A stretch of DNA of 64,000 nucleotides from Waterburya sp. (GCA_965217895.1 CBDCJV010000002.1:4832001-4896000); one strand, 5' to 3'; shown: positions 9,531 to 21,006, counted from the first letter of the stretch. Notes: generated by a model not told the origin, from the sequence alone. Numbers and translations are program-made.

Positions 9531-11023
9531 CCAAATAAATTGGCATCTACTTCTTGTAAATCAATATCTCCTAAACCGTATTCTTGCCAACGTCTAGTTA
9601 CCATCGCCTCCGTATCGGCATCAGATTCAAGCGGTTTACCCCATTCATGGTCAGTTTCAGGGGAAATTTTGGTAGTGGCATCTATACCCATGCGTCCGCC
9701 TAAACCTATTTTCTCACTGGCAAAATCTAGGGTATCAAAGGGAGTATCAGGCAAAATAAAGACATCACGGCAAGGATCGACTTTAGAACTAATTGCCCAA
9801 ACTACCTGACGCGGATCGCGGACATTAATATCTTTGTCTACCACAATCACAAACTTAGTATAGGTAAATTGAGGTAACGCACTCCAAAAAGCCAAGGCTG
9901 CCCTGCGGGCTTGTCCAGGATAAGCTTTATCAATGGAGATAATCGCTGCTTTGTAGCTTAAAGCCTCCATGGGTAGGAAGAAATCGACTATTTCTGAGAC
10001 TTGCTGGCGTAAAATAGGGGTATAAATCCGATTAAGCGCGATCGCCATCATCGCTTCTTCTTTGGGGGGACGACCACTAAAAGTAGTGAGATAGATCGGA
10101 TCTTTACGGTGAGTCATACAGTGGAAACGCACCAGGGGCGAATCTTCCACACCGCCGTAATAGCCCATGTGATCGCCAAAAGGACCGTCGGGCAACATTT
10201 CTCCTGGTGTAATTGTCCCTTCTAAAACAAATTCGGCATCTGCTGGCACTTCTAGATCGACGGTTTTACATTTAGCTAGTTTAACGCCACTACCGCCATA
10301 CAACCCTGCAAACAACCACTCAGACAGATCGACGGGAATGGGTGTGGCTGCTGCCATGATAATCATCGGATCGACTCCTAAGGCGATCGCAATTTCTAAT
10401 TTTTTACCTGCTTCGGCTGCTTTACGCAGGTGTCTTGCTCCACCCCGCACCGATAGCCAGTGAACCGTCATGGTAGTTTTAGACTGTAGCTGGAGTCGAT
10501 ATACTCCCACGTTAGGCGTACCAGTTTCTATATCTTTAGTAATTACCAAACCCAAGGTGATAATTTTGCCCCCATCTCCACTGTAAGGACGGATCATCGG
10601 CACTTTATTTAAGTCTACTTCTTCTCCTTCTAGGACTACCTGATGACAGGGAGGAAAGAAATCTCGTCCTGGCTTGGCTTTTAAAACATCGAACAGCACC
10701 TTGCCAAAATCTACGGCTTGCTTGATTTTCTTAGGTGGCTTAGGTTGCTGTAGCATGGCTAGCTTTGACCCCAAAGTTTCTAATTCTTCTGGGGCTTCCA
10801 TATTCATTGACCAGCAGATTCGCTCTACTGTACCCATAAGGTTTACTGCTACAGGAAAAGGAGAGCCTTTCACATTCTCAAAAAGTAATCCAGGTCCACC
10901 AGCCTGTAACATTCGATTAGAAATTTCGGCAATTTCTAAATCTGGATCGACCAACGCTGAGATGCGTCTAAGCTGTCCTTTTGATTCTAAAATTTTAATA
11001 AATCCCCGTAAGTCTCTAGCCAT
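9515..11023 (-). CDS. ubiD: UbiD-family decarboxylase (plastoquinone pathway type)
   Basis: MARDLRGFI, NVGVYRLQ, DGPFGDHMGYY, IDATTK. Confidence 0.93.
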   Translation of the reverse strand: MARDLRGFIKILESKGQLRRISALVDPDLEIAEISNRMLQAGGPGLLFENVKGSPFPVAVNLMGTVERICWSMNMEAPEELETLGSKLAMLQQPKPPKKIKQAVDFGKVLFDVLKAKPGRDFFPPCHQVVLEGEEVDLNKVPMIRPYSGDGGKIITLGLVITKDIETGTPNVGVYRLQLQSKTTMTVHWLSVRGGARHLRKAAEAGKKLEIAIALGVDPMIIMAAATPIPVDLSEWLFAGLYGGSGVKLAKCKTVDLEVPADAEFVLEGTITPGEMLPDGPFGDHMGYYGGVEDSPLVRFHCMTHRKDPIYLTTFSGRPPKEEAMMAIALNRIYTPILRQQVSEIVDFFLPMEALSYKAAIISIDKAYPGQARRAALAFWSALPQFTYTKFVIVVDKDINVRDPRQVVWAISSKVDPCRDVFILPDTPFDTLDFASEKIGLGGRMGIDATTKISPETDHEWGKPLESDADTEAMVTRRWQEYGLGDIDLQEVDANLFGYDMK

Positions 11024-11090
11024 GTTAAGAAATATAAAGTATTTACTATTAGTCTAGAAGAGTTAGGGATTAATCTCCAATCTCTTTAGA

Positions 11091-11258
11091 CTAGAGATTA
11101 GGAGCTATTTCTTTATTCATCGCATCAATGATGTTGTGTAGAGCTTCAATAAAAGTTCGTTCAGATTTAGAATTCAAAGCGTTGAGTAAGTAAATTCTGC
11201 CACCTTGAGGCTGACAGAGAAACTGAAGCACTTGTTTTTCATTACTTTGCTTAGACAT
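11091..11258 (-). CDS. Possible 55-aa small protein (below the ORF-track cutoff)
   Basis: ATG 11258 to TAG 11091: MSKQSNEKQVLQFLCQPQGGRIYLLNALNSKSERTFIEALHNIIDAMNKEIAPNL. Confidence 0.35.
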   Translation of the reverse strand: MSKQSNEKQVLQFLCQPQGGRIYLLNALNSKSERTFIEALHNIIDAMNKEIAPNL

Positions 11259-11812
11259 GGGAAAAGTTGACTTTAGTAAGTGTTATTAATAATTAGATAG
11301 TCTCAAATTATCTACTTTTGGTGAGTCATATTTCGTCAGCCATTTGGCTGAAATAAATCCCTAGTTAAAGCTACATTTTTTTATGTTATCTAACCTATGG
11401 TAGATGTTTAAACGGGCATTTTGCAATTCTAATGGAAAAAAATTAAAGGTTTGTTTAGGAAACACGATTAGAACTATCTTTTCAAACAGGCTATCCAAAG
11501 AAATAAACTCTTGATAATCACTAGATAAGATATAGTATGTTCGGTCAAACCATTTGGACAGACTAAAAATCCTCGAAAACAAAATAAGAATTTTGGCTTG
11601 TCTTGCATTCTAAAGCCCGATCTTAAATTGATTGAGACAACATTTCCCTTTAAGGCGATCGCTCTAATCATAGATACATTTTTGCTTTGTTGGTATTGTC
11701 TTGCTAATCTAAGAAACGCTATAGTGCCAATAAAATCTAGTTTCTATATTTATTTTTGGCGAAACATACCCTATAACTACTCGATTATGGATACAATTTG
11801 ATTTAAAAATTA

Positions 11813-12844
11813 ATGAATCTGCGCTTAATTAAATTTTTCTTGCCCTTAGCTGAAGAAAAAAATATAAAACAATTGCTGTCTTCTTATCCTTGGTTAGAAA
11901 CAGAATCTATTTTTAGATCGCAACATCAACTTTTGGTCAACATCTTGCTTGAAGAAAAACAGGTTGAGACGGTAGTTGCCGATTTGAATCATAAATTAAC
12001 ACACCTTCCAAACTTAGAACTACTTCTATTGCCAGTTGAAACCAGATCAAATCAAGTAAATATTCAATCGCCAAAATCCTCCGACCAAGATCGAGACAAG
12101 CCTGTCCATCAACACGAAGTTTACACTCAAATATTTGAAAGCACTCATCTTAATAGCACCGAAGTTTCACTGGTTATTCTGTCTACGGCGATCGCAGCTA
12201 TCGGTTTAGTGGAGGGAAATCAAGTAGTAATTATCGGGGCTATGGTCATCGCCCCTTTACTCAAGCCCAACATGGCATTAGGCGTAGCTACTACTTTTGG
12301 CGATTTATCCTTGGCAGTTAGAACCATACGAGTTGGTTTGACACAAATTTTTATATCTTTGGTACTGTCAATTTTATTAGGTATTTTTGTACCAGTAGAT
12401 TTGGGGATGAAGGAAATTGCCATCCGAACTAGCGTCAATCTTTCAGATGTTGTTTTAGCTTTTGCTTCGGGAGTAGCAGGAGCAATTTCTTTGACAGCAG
12501 GAGAGCAAAAAGCAGTAGTAGGAGTTATGGTTTCAGTAGCACTATTGCCTCCTCTAGTAGTTTTAGGAATGCTAATTGGTTCTCAGCTATGGGGATCTGC
12601 TGTTGAAACCTTTGTTTTAGTGTCTACTAACATTGTTTGTCTAAACTTAGCTGCGATCGCAACTTTTTGGATACGGGATGTTCGTCCCCAGCACTGGTGG
12701 CAAAAATTTCAGGCTAATAAAATAACTGGAATTGCCACTACTTTTTGGGTAATTATTCTGGCTTTATTAATTAGCGTTATTTTTATGTTTCAGTTTAATC
12801 AAGCAAATGCAAGTACTTTCATATTATTCATATTGTCCTGGTGA
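11813..12844 (+). CDS. TIGR00341/DUF389 family membrane protein
   Basis: IIGAMVIAPLL, LAFASGVAGA, GVMVSVALLPPL; about 7 TM segments. Confidence 0.88.
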   Translation: MNLRLIKFFLPLAEEKNIKQLLSSYPWLETESIFRSQHQLLVNILLEEKQVETVVADLNHKLTHLPNLELLLLPVETRSNQVNIQSPKSSDQDRDKPVHQHEVYTQIFESTHLNSTEVSLVILSTAIAAIGLVEGNQVVIIGAMVIAPLLKPNMALGVATTFGDLSLAVRTIRVGLTQIFISLVLSILLGIFVPVDLGMKEIAIRTSVNLSDVVLAFASGVAGAISLTAGEQKAVVGVMVSVALLPPLVVLGMLIGSQLWGSAVETFVLVSTNIVCLNLAAIATFWIRDVRPQHWWQKFQANKITGIATTFWVIILALLISVIFMFQFNQANASTFILFILSW

Positions 12845-12918
12845 TTTGATCGCAGTAATATTACTGTTTCCGATTCACGACTGACACAGATATGATTTAC
12901 TTTTAGAGGGTAAATTTT

Positions 12919-14442
12919 ATGCGCATCCTAATTGTAAATCCGCCCCATTTATCAATAGGTAGTCGTATTCCCCGCGAACAATTACCACCATTAGGACTTT
13001 TATGCGTTGGTGGATCTTTGCTAGATGCTGGACATAATGTTACTTTGCTTGATGCCGAAATTGGTCCGCTAACTCATGGTGAGATCGTTCAGCGAGTTGT
13101 TGCTCATTATCCTGAAGTACTTTTAATCGGTCATTCTGGCTCGACCTCAGCCCACCCAATAGTAGTTGAACTGACTCGCTGCTTTCGTGAAGAGTTACCA
13201 GACTTAAAAATAATCTACGGTGGCGTATTTCCCACTTATCATTTCCGCGACGTACTTATTCATGAGCCTCAAATTGACACCATTGTCCGTGGAGAAGGTG
13301 AAGCTACTGTACCCAAACTTATTGCTGCTATTGAAAATAATGAAGATCTTGCTAGTGTAAACGGTATTGCTTTCCACCGTAACGGTCAAATTATTGAAAC
13401 ACCACCTGCACAGATGATTGAAGATCTTGATGCTTATCGTGTTGGCTGGGAATTAATCGACCCCAAACGCTATAGCTACTATGGCGGGAAACAAGCTGTT
13501 GTCATGCAGTTTTCTCGTGGATGCCCTCATCTATGCAATTACTGCGGTCAGCGTGGTTTCTGGGCGCGTTGGCGACATCGTGACCCAAAGAAGTTTGCTC
13601 AAGAAATTGCCTGGCTGCATCGTACTCACGGGGTCGAATTAATCAACTTGGCTGACGAAAATCCGACAGTAAATAAAGCTGTCTGGCGTGAATTGTGTGA
13701 AGCAATTATTGCCGAAAACATCAATGTAACTATTATTGGCTCGACTCGTGCTGATGATATTGTTCGTGATGCGGACATTTTGCACTTATACCGCAAAGCT
13801 GGTGTTGAAAGATTTTTAATGGGAATGGAAAACACCGATGAAGCCACTCTCAAGAAAATTAAGAAAGGAGGTGCAACCCAAAAAGATCGTCAAGCTATTC
13901 GCTTATTACGGCAACACGGCATTCTTTCTTTGGCTACCTGGGTTACAGATTTTGAAGAAATAACCGATCGCGATTTTATCCGTTCTCTAAAACAATTACT
14001 TTGGTACGATCCAGACCAGATTATGACCTTATACGTTACCCCCCATCGTTGGACTAGCTATTATCGTCTTGCAAGCGATCGCCAAGTAATTCAACTCGAC
14101 CAACGGCTATGGGACTACAAACATCAAGTACTCAAGACAGTGAATATGCCACCTTGGCGTATTTTCCTTTGGGTCAAATTTATCGAACTTGTTTTGCAAG
14201 CTAGACCAAAAGCATTGTGGCGATCCTATTTCCAGTCTGATAAAGCAGCCCGACATGGCATGAATTGGTTTACCCGTATGGGAAGAAGGGTTTTATTACA
14301 TGAATGGTGGAATTTCTGCTTTCGCGATCGCCGAGTAAAAGATGGTCCAACTCTAGAGCAATTCTGGGGTGCGCCTCAAGATCATCAAGAGATTCCTCTA
14401 CAGATTCAATCTGAGGATAAACTCGTTGAGTCTTCTAAGTAG
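12919..14442 (+). CDS. B12-binding class B radical SAM protein, BchE-like
   Basis: N-terminal cobalamin-binding domain (PPLGLL, YGGVFPT), SRGCPHLCNYC, LADENP, YVTPHRWT, WDYKHQV. Confidence 0.8.
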   Translation: MRILIVNPPHLSIGSRIPREQLPPLGLLCVGGSLLDAGHNVTLLDAEIGPLTHGEIVQRVVAHYPEVLLIGHSGSTSAHPIVVELTRCFREELPDLKIIYGGVFPTYHFRDVLIHEPQIDTIVRGEGEATVPKLIAAIENNEDLASVNGIAFHRNGQIIETPPAQMIEDLDAYRVGWELIDPKRYSYYGGKQAVVMQFSRGCPHLCNYCGQRGFWARWRHRDPKKFAQEIAWLHRTHGVELINLADENPTVNKAVWRELCEAIIAENINVTIIGSTRADDIVRDADILHLYRKAGVERFLMGMENTDEATLKKIKKGGATQKDRQAIRLLRQHGILSLATWVTDFEEITDRDFIRSLKQLLWYDPDQIMTLYVTPHRWTSYYRLASDRQVIQLDQRLWDYKHQVLKTVNMPPWRIFLWVKFIELVLQARPKALWRSYFQSDKAARHGMNWFTRMGRRVLLHEWWNFCFRDRRVKDGPTLEQFWGAPQDHQEIPLQIQSEDKLVESSK

Positions 14443-14572
14443 AATTAAAAATATACAGCGCGCGATCGCAACTTCAGATAATTCAAACACAGCAACTATT
14501 ATCTGGAGAGGAAGTGATAAGGTGTTTTTTAGTCCAATAATATGTTGCTAAAACACACCCTACATACACTAT

Positions 14573-15355
14573 CTAATCCTCATGTAGTTCTACTGAACGA
14601 CCATTCAGCGGTTGAATAGGTCTGGCATTGTAGGAATAAATGCTTTCAAAAGTTTTTATTTGTTCTGGCGAAACTTCTATAGGCTCTGACAATATATTCC
14701 AGCTTACCTGTTCACTACAGGGCGGAGTTGTTAACGAACCAGAATAACTGACAAAGGTTTTATCTTTTGGCAACAGTTGGGCAGCATCAAGGGTGATTTT
14801 ATTGCCTTCTGCCCGATCATTGGCAGGGATGGCATTCCAAACGCTGGCAATGATAGGATTTTTTTGTCCTGCATTCATCATTACACCAACTACAGCTAGT
14901 TTTCCTGCTTTATTTTTATGCACAAAGTGCAGTTCCATAGCAGCAGCGTCGCCTTCAATTTCGTGTTCACTAGGAGTATGGAAATGAAACTGTACTAAGT
15001 CGTAAACTTTTCCGTTGATTTTAACCGTACTACCAGGTTCGTAGTTGGCTTGAATAGTATGACCAGTGTTGACTACTTCTACAGTGCTGGGTTGATAGTC
15101 AAATTCAATTGTAGCAGCTTTTCCTTTTTGAGTCGTGGTTATATTAACAGGCGACTGATTAGTACCTGCTTCACAAGACTTGTATTCAGATGATAGTTCA
15201 CCCCAGTGGGTTGGGTTATTAGATCCTCCATATTCCCAATCTGGTTTATTTTCGTCTGCTAATAATGAATTAGGATTAACAATAATCATTGATGTAGCAG
15301 TTAGAAATATCGCACCTGCAAAAAGTTGACGTTGCCACAATTTACTCTTTTTCAT
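14573..15355 (-). CDS. Alpha-class carbonic anhydrase with N-terminal signal peptide (EcaA-like)
   Basis: WEYGG, NQSPVNI, QFHFHTPSEH, ELHFVH, YSGSLTTPPCSE, NARPIQPLNGR; ATG 15355 likely start. Confidence 0.93.
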   Translation of the reverse strand: MKKSKLWQRQLFAGAIFLTATSMIIVNPNSLLADENKPDWEYGGSNNPTHWGELSSEYKSCEAGTNQSPVNITTTQKGKAATIEFDYQPSTVEVVNTGHTIQANYEPGSTVKINGKVYDLVQFHFHTPSEHEIEGDAAAMELHFVHKNKAGKLAVVGVMMNAGQKNPIIASVWNAIPANDRAEGNKITLDAAQLLPKDKTFVSYSGSLTTPPCSEQVSWNILSEPIEVSPEQIKTFESIYSYNARPIQPLNGRSVELHED

Positions 15356-15669
15356 CAGCTTATTTAATAGATTTGAATTGGTATTGATAATAATCTTCAA
15401 TTCAAAATATCACAGAAAGTAGCATTAGAATTTAGTCGGTATTTCCTAGCTTTTGATATATCAACAGTTAAGTAGTTAGACGAGGGAACGCGCAAAAGAA
15501 GCAATTGAAGCAGCTTGAAAACCCCAATTTAGCGTTAACTATCTTAATCTCAAACAAGGGTCTGATGCCTACTTATTTCGTTAACAATCAAATTTTGTTA
15601 GAACCTTTGAGATACAGCTATTTTAAAAAGTTGTGTAACAATTATTTACAAGGCTAAATTATTAATAAT

Positions 15670-17061
15670 ATGCAGACGATCAAAAATTTCAACACAGCAA
15701 AACTATTACCTGGTGGTAGTGACTCTACTGTTTTCGATCTGCAAGAAGCATGGTATCCCATTTACTATGGTTCAGATTTGGATAAGCATAAACTCACTCG
15801 ATTTACTTTACTAGAAAAAGATCTAGTAATTTGGTGGGATAAGTCGGCGCAGACATGGCAGGTATTTGAAGATAGATGTCCTCATCGTCTTGCACCGTTG
15901 AGTGAAGGAAGAGTAAACGAAGAGGGACTATTAGAATGTCCCTATCATGGCTGGGCATTTTCAGGAGATGGCGAATGTCAAGTGATTCCGCAACAGCAGC
16001 CAGGAAAAGAGGCACATAATTCTGCTAGAGCTTGCGTTAGATCTTATCCTACTGCGATCGCCCAAGGATTATTATTTGTTTATCCTGGCATAAAAGACAA
16101 TGCACTTCATACCCCCATACCAATTATCGAACCTATGGAAGAAGATAAAGATGATTGGGTTTGCTTAAATATTTTCCGCGATCTTCCCTATGATGCTCTA
16201 ACTCTGTTGGAAAACGTAATTGATGCTAGCCATATTCCCTATACTCATCATAAAACCGTTGGTAATCGTTCTAATGTTGCGCCTGTGGAATTAGAGGTAA
16301 CTGAATCAGGCAAACAGGGTTTTAAAGGTGTTTGGCAAGAAGGACCTCGTAAGGGTCAATTAGGCAAGCAATATACGACTTTTACTGCACCCAACCTGAT
16401 ATGGCACGATCTTACTTCCAAGCAGTTTGGACGCACTCTAACAGTGGTTTATGCAACACCAATTAGTAAGGGAAAATGCCGTTTGTTTGCTCGTTTTCCG
16501 TTCAAGTTTGCTTCGCCTTTTCCTCGCTTTTTTATTAAGCTTGCGCCTCAGTGGTATTCCCACATTAATCAAAATGGAGTTTTAGAAGACGATCAGATTT
16601 TTCTGCATCATCAAGAGCGTTATTTAACAGCCTTGGGTGGTGGCGAGAAATATAGCCAGGCTTTTTATCTCCCTACTAAAGCGGATTTGTACGTATCCCA
16701 GTTGCGCCAGTGGGTTAACTTATATCATGGCGATCCTTTTCCCCATCAAGATTTACCGATCGCCTTATCAAAAGAACAACTGCTAGATCGTTATCATTCC
16801 CACACCAAAAACTGCGCTAGCTGTAACCAGGCTTTGAAGAATATCAAAAGAATTAAGGTAGTTGCGATCGCACTTGTCATCTTAATTTGGGCAACTATTC
16901 CCCCGATCTCTTTATTTGTTGAGATACCTTCAACTTGGAGCGTAATAAGTTTATCTGCAACCTTACTTATCTCCAGCCTAGCTTGGTGGCAACTTAATAA
17001 GTTGGAAAACAAGTTCTATCATGGCGTAGAAATTCCACCTCGCAATTTACCAGGAAACTGA
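15670..17061 (+). CDS. Rieske oxygenase, pheophorbide a oxygenase (PaO)-like
   Basis: DRCPHRLAPLSEG, CPYHGW, ENVIDASHIPYTHH, HTKNCASC, C-terminal TM helices. Confidence 0.9.
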   Translation: MQTIKNFNTAKLLPGGSDSTVFDLQEAWYPIYYGSDLDKHKLTRFTLLEKDLVIWWDKSAQTWQVFEDRCPHRLAPLSEGRVNEEGLLECPYHGWAFSGDGECQVIPQQQPGKEAHNSARACVRSYPTAIAQGLLFVYPGIKDNALHTPIPIIEPMEEDKDDWVCLNIFRDLPYDALTLLENVIDASHIPYTHHKTVGNRSNVAPVELEVTESGKQGFKGVWQEGPRKGQLGKQYTTFTAPNLIWHDLTSKQFGRTLTVVYATPISKGKCRLFARFPFKFASPFPRFFIKLAPQWYSHINQNGVLEDDQIFLHHQERYLTALGGGEKYSQAFYLPTKADLYVSQLRQWVNLYHGDPFPHQDLPIALSKEQLLDRYHSHTKNCASCNQALKNIKRIKVVAIALVILIWATIPPISLFVEIPSTWSVISLSATLLISSLAWWQLNKLENKFYHGVEIPPRNLPGN

Positions 17062-17090
17062 TAATTGTTAATTGTTAATTGTTAATTGTT
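17062..17090. repeat. Short heptamer tandem repeat (TAATTGT)x4, STRR-type
   Basis: taattgttaattgttaattgttaattgtt between convergent genes. Confidence 0.85.
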
Positions 17091-18124
17091 TAAAGACTAA
17101 TTCCTCGAAGACTGTCACGGGGATTGTCACTACGAATATCACGAATTTTTTGATAATATTCTCTTTCTTGATTAGTAATTCGTTTTGGAGTAGCAATAAC
17201 AATACGTACTAGCTGATCTGTACGACTACCTTGAGGAGAAGACCAACCCTTGCCTTTAAGCCGCAATACCTGACCCGAATGGATTCCCGCAGGAACTTTC
17301 ATACTGACTATGCCATCGGGGGTAGGAATGCTAATTGATGTACCCAAAACTGCTTCATCAGGGGTAATAGGTACTTCGCATACCAAGTTGTCCCCCTCAA
17401 AGTCAAAGAAGGGATGGGATTTTAACTTAACGTTAAGATATAAATCTCCTCTTGTTTGACCATAACCACTCTTTTGACCTTTCCCCGCTAAACGTATACG
17501 AGTACCTGGTTTGACACCAGCGGGAATCCGAGCTTCTAAAGACTCTATGCCTAAGTTTAGACGTTTAGTAGTACCTCTAAATGCTTCAGAGAAGGTTAAA
17601 TTAATACTGGCTTCGCTATTGACTGGTTTGGATTGCTGATTAAAACCGTCGATGTCTTGATAAGTGCTATCAAAATTGCTGTTGGAATATGACCCTGTGG
17701 TGTTACTTTTAGTGGAAGTTCGATAAGAATAAGTTTGATTGCTATTGCCTGTACCAGGAGTAGAAAAACGTCCCAAAAGCTCGTTAATAAACTCTTCAAA
17801 GTTACCGTACTGGCTAAAATCTGTGCCACCAAAGTCAACTTGAGTATTAGTATTGGAGGTGGTGTTGCTAGAATACCCTGTAGCCGAACTATTTTCCCAA
17901 TACTTGCCAAAGCGATCGTATTTGGCGCGTTTATCAGCATCAGAAAGCACTTCATAAGCTTCGCTGACTTCCTTGAATTTAGCTTCGGCTGCTTTGTTCC
18001 CTTGATTGCGATCGGGATGATATTTTAAAGCTAGCTTACGAAACTTTTTTTTGATTTCATTTACACTTGCTGTTTTTTGGATTCCCAAAATAGCATAGTA
18101 ATCTTTAAATTCAGTGGAAGACAT
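17090..18124 (-). CDS. DnaJ class B co-chaperone (J domain + DnaJ_C, no Zn finger)
   Basis: [20 protein letters not shown]; no CxxCxGxG repeats. Confidence 0.92.
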   Translation of the reverse strand: MSSTEFKDYYAILGIQKTASVNEIKKKFRKLALKYHPDRNQGNKAAEAKFKEVSEAYEVLSDADKRAKYDRFGKYWENSSATGYSSNTTSNTNTQVDFGGTDFSQYGNFEEFINELLGRFSTPGTGNSNQTYSYRTSTKSNTTGSYSNSNFDSTYQDIDGFNQQSKPVNSEASINLTFSEAFRGTTKRLNLGIESLEARIPAGVKPGTRIRLAGKGQKSGYGQTRGDLYLNVKLKSHPFFDFEGDNLVCEVPITPDEAVLGTSISIPTPDGIVSMKVPAGIHSGQVLRLKGKGWSSPQGSRTDQLVRIVIATPKRITNQEREYYQKIRDIRSDNPRDSLRGISL

Positions 18125-18343
18125 TAATAGCTATCTCCTGATAAAACTTTCTAGTTTGAATATGCGGGGCAATATATATAAAAATAGTGATTTTAGATAA
18201 TATTACTTTAAAAGTTTAACTCTATAATTACACATCAATCAGGTTTGAACCTGCTTTCTATGACTTTGTTTAATCTTCTCAAAAATAAGCAATATAACCT
18301 TGACAGCTTTTTCTCAAACATATTGAGATTATTTATATTTATC

Positions 18344-18377
18344 AAAAAAAGAGTGTAGCTAATACAACTACACCCTC
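18344..18377 (-). terminator. Probable intrinsic terminator after glgC
   Basis: Imperfect stem gagtgtag/ctacaccctc with adjacent A-run (U tract on minus strand). Confidence 0.5.
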
Positions 18378-18470
18378 GGCAATATTTTAAATTTTTGCTA
18401 GTGGACTAATCACAACAATTGTTGTTTTCAAAACTAACTTTTAAAAAGTTGATTACTACAGTTTAAGCTC

Positions 18471-19760
18471 TTAGATAACCGTGTTATCCGCGATCGTTGC
18501 ATTTTTTAAAATGACAACAATACCACTACGAATATAGAAGCCTTCATCTTCTTTCTGAGATTCTTCAACCCGATCTTTATTGATAATCTGCACATTACGA
18601 CCAATACGCGCATTTTTATCGACAATGGCATGACGCACTGTTGTTCCCTCGCCAATGCCTACAGGAACTCCTCCATTTTGCAAACCAGAATTTCTTTCGG
18701 CAAAAGGCTCATAAAAATCTGCCCCCATAATCAAAGTGTCTTCAATGGTGCAATTGCCCTCAATTCTGGTTCTCACGCCAATTACAGAATGATTAACATG
18801 ACAGTTTTTCAGGATACATCCTTCGCCGATCATGGATTCGCTAATTTGACAATCCAGGAGCTTGGTTGGTGGCAAATAGCGAGAACGGGTGTAGATAGGG
18901 TATTTTTCATCATAAAAACTAAAATCGGGATGAGGCTGCTTCGTAAGAGCCAAATTTGCCTCATAAAAAGATTCAATTGTTCCAATGTCTTCCCAATATC
19001 CCTTAAATAAGTAAGCCTGAAGATTGTGGTCTTTAGCTGCACCAGGAATAATTTCGTTGCCAAAGTCAGTTTGGTCTGAGTTACTTTCTAATAAATTGAT
19101 TAAAACATCTTTTCTAAAGACATAAATCCCCATAGAAGCAATGTAAGGACTTTCTTCAGCTTTTTCAGCCGTCAGACCCAATACGCTTGTATCCACCTGC
19201 ATTTTTTTGAGTTCTTCTCCTTTGGGCTTCTCGGCAAAATCGATAATCCTACCTTGATCGTCGATTTTCATCAAACCAAAACTAGAAGCTCTGCGATCGT
19301 CAATTGGCACTACGGACAAAGTAATATCCGCTTTAGTTTGCCGATGATGCTGGATAAACTGGCTGTAGTCCATACGATAGAGATGATCGCCTGAAAGAAT
19401 GATGATTTCGTCAACATCCCAAGCCTTAATCGAATCAATATATTGACGAACAGCATCAGCAGTACCTTGAAACCAACCAGAATTGTCTTTGGTTTGTTGT
19501 GCTGATAATACCTCTACAAAGCCTTCTCTAAACCCAGAAAAGTTATAACTGCGATTTAAATGTCGATTAAGAGAAGCTGAATTAAATTGAGTCAGAACAT
19601 AAATTTTGAGAATCTCTGAATTTATACAGTTACTGACGGGAATGTCGATTAAACGATATTTGCTGGCTAGAGGTACTGCTGGTTTTGCCCTTAACTTAGT
19701 CAGGGGATATAAACGAGTACCCGCACCGCCTCCAAGAATAATACCTAATACTCTTTTCAC
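18471..19760 (-). CDS. glgC: Glucose-1-phosphate adenylyltransferase
   Basis: [50 protein letters not shown]. Confidence 0.98.
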   Translation of the reverse strand: MKRVLGIILGGGAGTRLYPLTKLRAKPAVPLASKYRLIDIPVSNCINSEILKIYVLTQFNSASLNRHLNRSYNFSGFREGFVEVLSAQQTKDNSGWFQGTADAVRQYIDSIKAWDVDEIIILSGDHLYRMDYSQFIQHHRQTKADITLSVVPIDDRRASSFGLMKIDDQGRIIDFAEKPKGEELKKMQVDTSVLGLTAEKAEESPYIASMGIYVFRKDVLINLLESNSDQTDFGNEIIPGAAKDHNLQAYLFKGYWEDIGTIESFYEANLALTKQPHPDFSFYDEKYPIYTRSRYLPPTKLLDCQISESMIGEGCILKNCHVNHSVIGVRTRIEGNCTIEDTLIMGADFYEPFAERNSGLQNGGVPVGIGEGTTVRHAIVDKNARIGRNVQIINKDRVEESQKEDEGFYIRSGIVVILKNATIADNTVI

Positions 19761-19987
19761 TTCTTATAACCTCTTGACTGCCTGTGCCTCTCCAAATAAA
19801 GTTTATCCGAATGGGGGACAGATTCGGCAAAATGAAGTGGAAAACGATGTGTTTTGCTAAAGTAATAAGTGAATGTAATATAAGCGATGCCGACAGTTAA
19901 CTACCTGACCTCAAGGCTAGGGTCGCTAATCTCCTGTCTTTGAAGCTAGAATTGTCAACTTATATTTTAATTTTTTAAGATATTTAT

Positions 19988-20446
19988 TTGCGAACAATGT
20001 CAATGTCATCAGCAGAAACATCATTACCTCCCAAGCTAGAGAAAATAGTCGAACGCTTTAAACGTCGTTCAAACCCCAAACAAAAGTATGAGCAATTGCT
20101 TTGGTATGCTAAAAAGCTGCCAGCAATGCCAGAATCAGCTAAAACAGATAACAATAAGGTCAAAGGATGTGTATCACAGGTATATATCACTGCCAGCCTA
20201 GAAAACGGTAGGGTGTGTTATCAGGGTGATTCTGACGCTCAACTAGTTAAAGGTTTGGTAGCTTTCTTAATTGAAGGACTAAACGATTTACCTCCCGAAG
20301 AGATTATGCAGGTAGAAGCAGATTTTATTGAAGATACAGGATTAAAGGTCAGTCTTACCCCTTCTCGTGCTAATGGTTTCTTTAACATTTTTCAAATGAT
20401 GAAGAAAAAAGCTCTTGGTTTTAGTTTAGGCACCCTCGAACATTAG
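19988..20446 (+). CDS. sufE: Fe-S sulfur acceptor SufE
   Basis: KVKGCVSQV, GDSDAQLVKGL, LTPSRANG. Confidence 0.93.
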   Translation: MRTMSMSSAETSLPPKLEKIVERFKRRSNPKQKYEQLLWYAKKLPAMPESAKTDNNKVKGCVSQVYITASLENGRVCYQGDSDAQLVKGLVAFLIEGLNDLPPEEIMQVEADFIEDTGLKVSLTPSRANGFFNIFQMMKKKALGFSLGTLEH

Positions 20447-20475
20447 GTAATAGCCAAGAACATTTAGGGTGACTA

Positions 20476-21006
20476 CTAAGTTAACTTTCTTGTCTCTTCT
20501 TTAGCTTCTCTTTCAGAAATTACACGAGTACAGCACCAATCTGTAGGCAAAGCAGATGGCCATCCTTTGCGAATAGCTTCTGGGCAAATAGTCATTACCG
20601 TTAACTGACAATCAATAAGTTGAAATCCTTCTTTCTTACACTGCTTTAAGCTGTGTTTTAAAATTGTATCGTCTCTAAATTCAATAGTGTTATTACACTG
20701 AATGCAGACAACGTGATGGTGATGATGAGGATAAGGTTGATTCAGTTCATAATGTTTGTGTCCTTCTGCTAATTCTAATTCGCGCAGAATACCCATACGC
20801 GCCATTAGCTTGACGCTGCGATAAATTGTAGATAAGCTAATAGACTCACCTCGCTGTTCTAGAAGAGCGTGTAACTCTTCCGCGCTCAAGTGATCGCCTT
20901 TAGGAAGATTTTGAAACAGATGGAGAATTTTTTCTCTTTGTGGAGTCATGCGCCAGCCTTTAGAGTTGAGTTCTGCTTTTAAGGAATCTGCCGTGTAGTA
21001 AGCCAT
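20476..21006 (-). CDS. fur: Ferric uptake regulator (cyanobacterial FurA type)
   Basis: TPQREKIL, HLSAEEL, STIYRSVKL, HHHHHVVCIQC, GWPSALP tail. Confidence 0.95.
   Translation of the reverse strand: MAYYTADSLKAELNSKGWRMTPQREKILHLFQNLPKGDHLSAEELHALLEQRGESISLSTIYRSVKLMARMGILRELELAEGHKHYELNQPYPHHHHHVVCIQCNNTIEFRDDTILKHSLKQCKKEGFQLIDCQLTVMTICPEAIRKGWPSALPTDWCCTRVISEREAKEETRKLT

Noticed and set aside
11361..11801. Short ORFs at 11361, 11474 and 11598
   Set aside because: Mutually overlapping, AT-rich, no recognisable motifs
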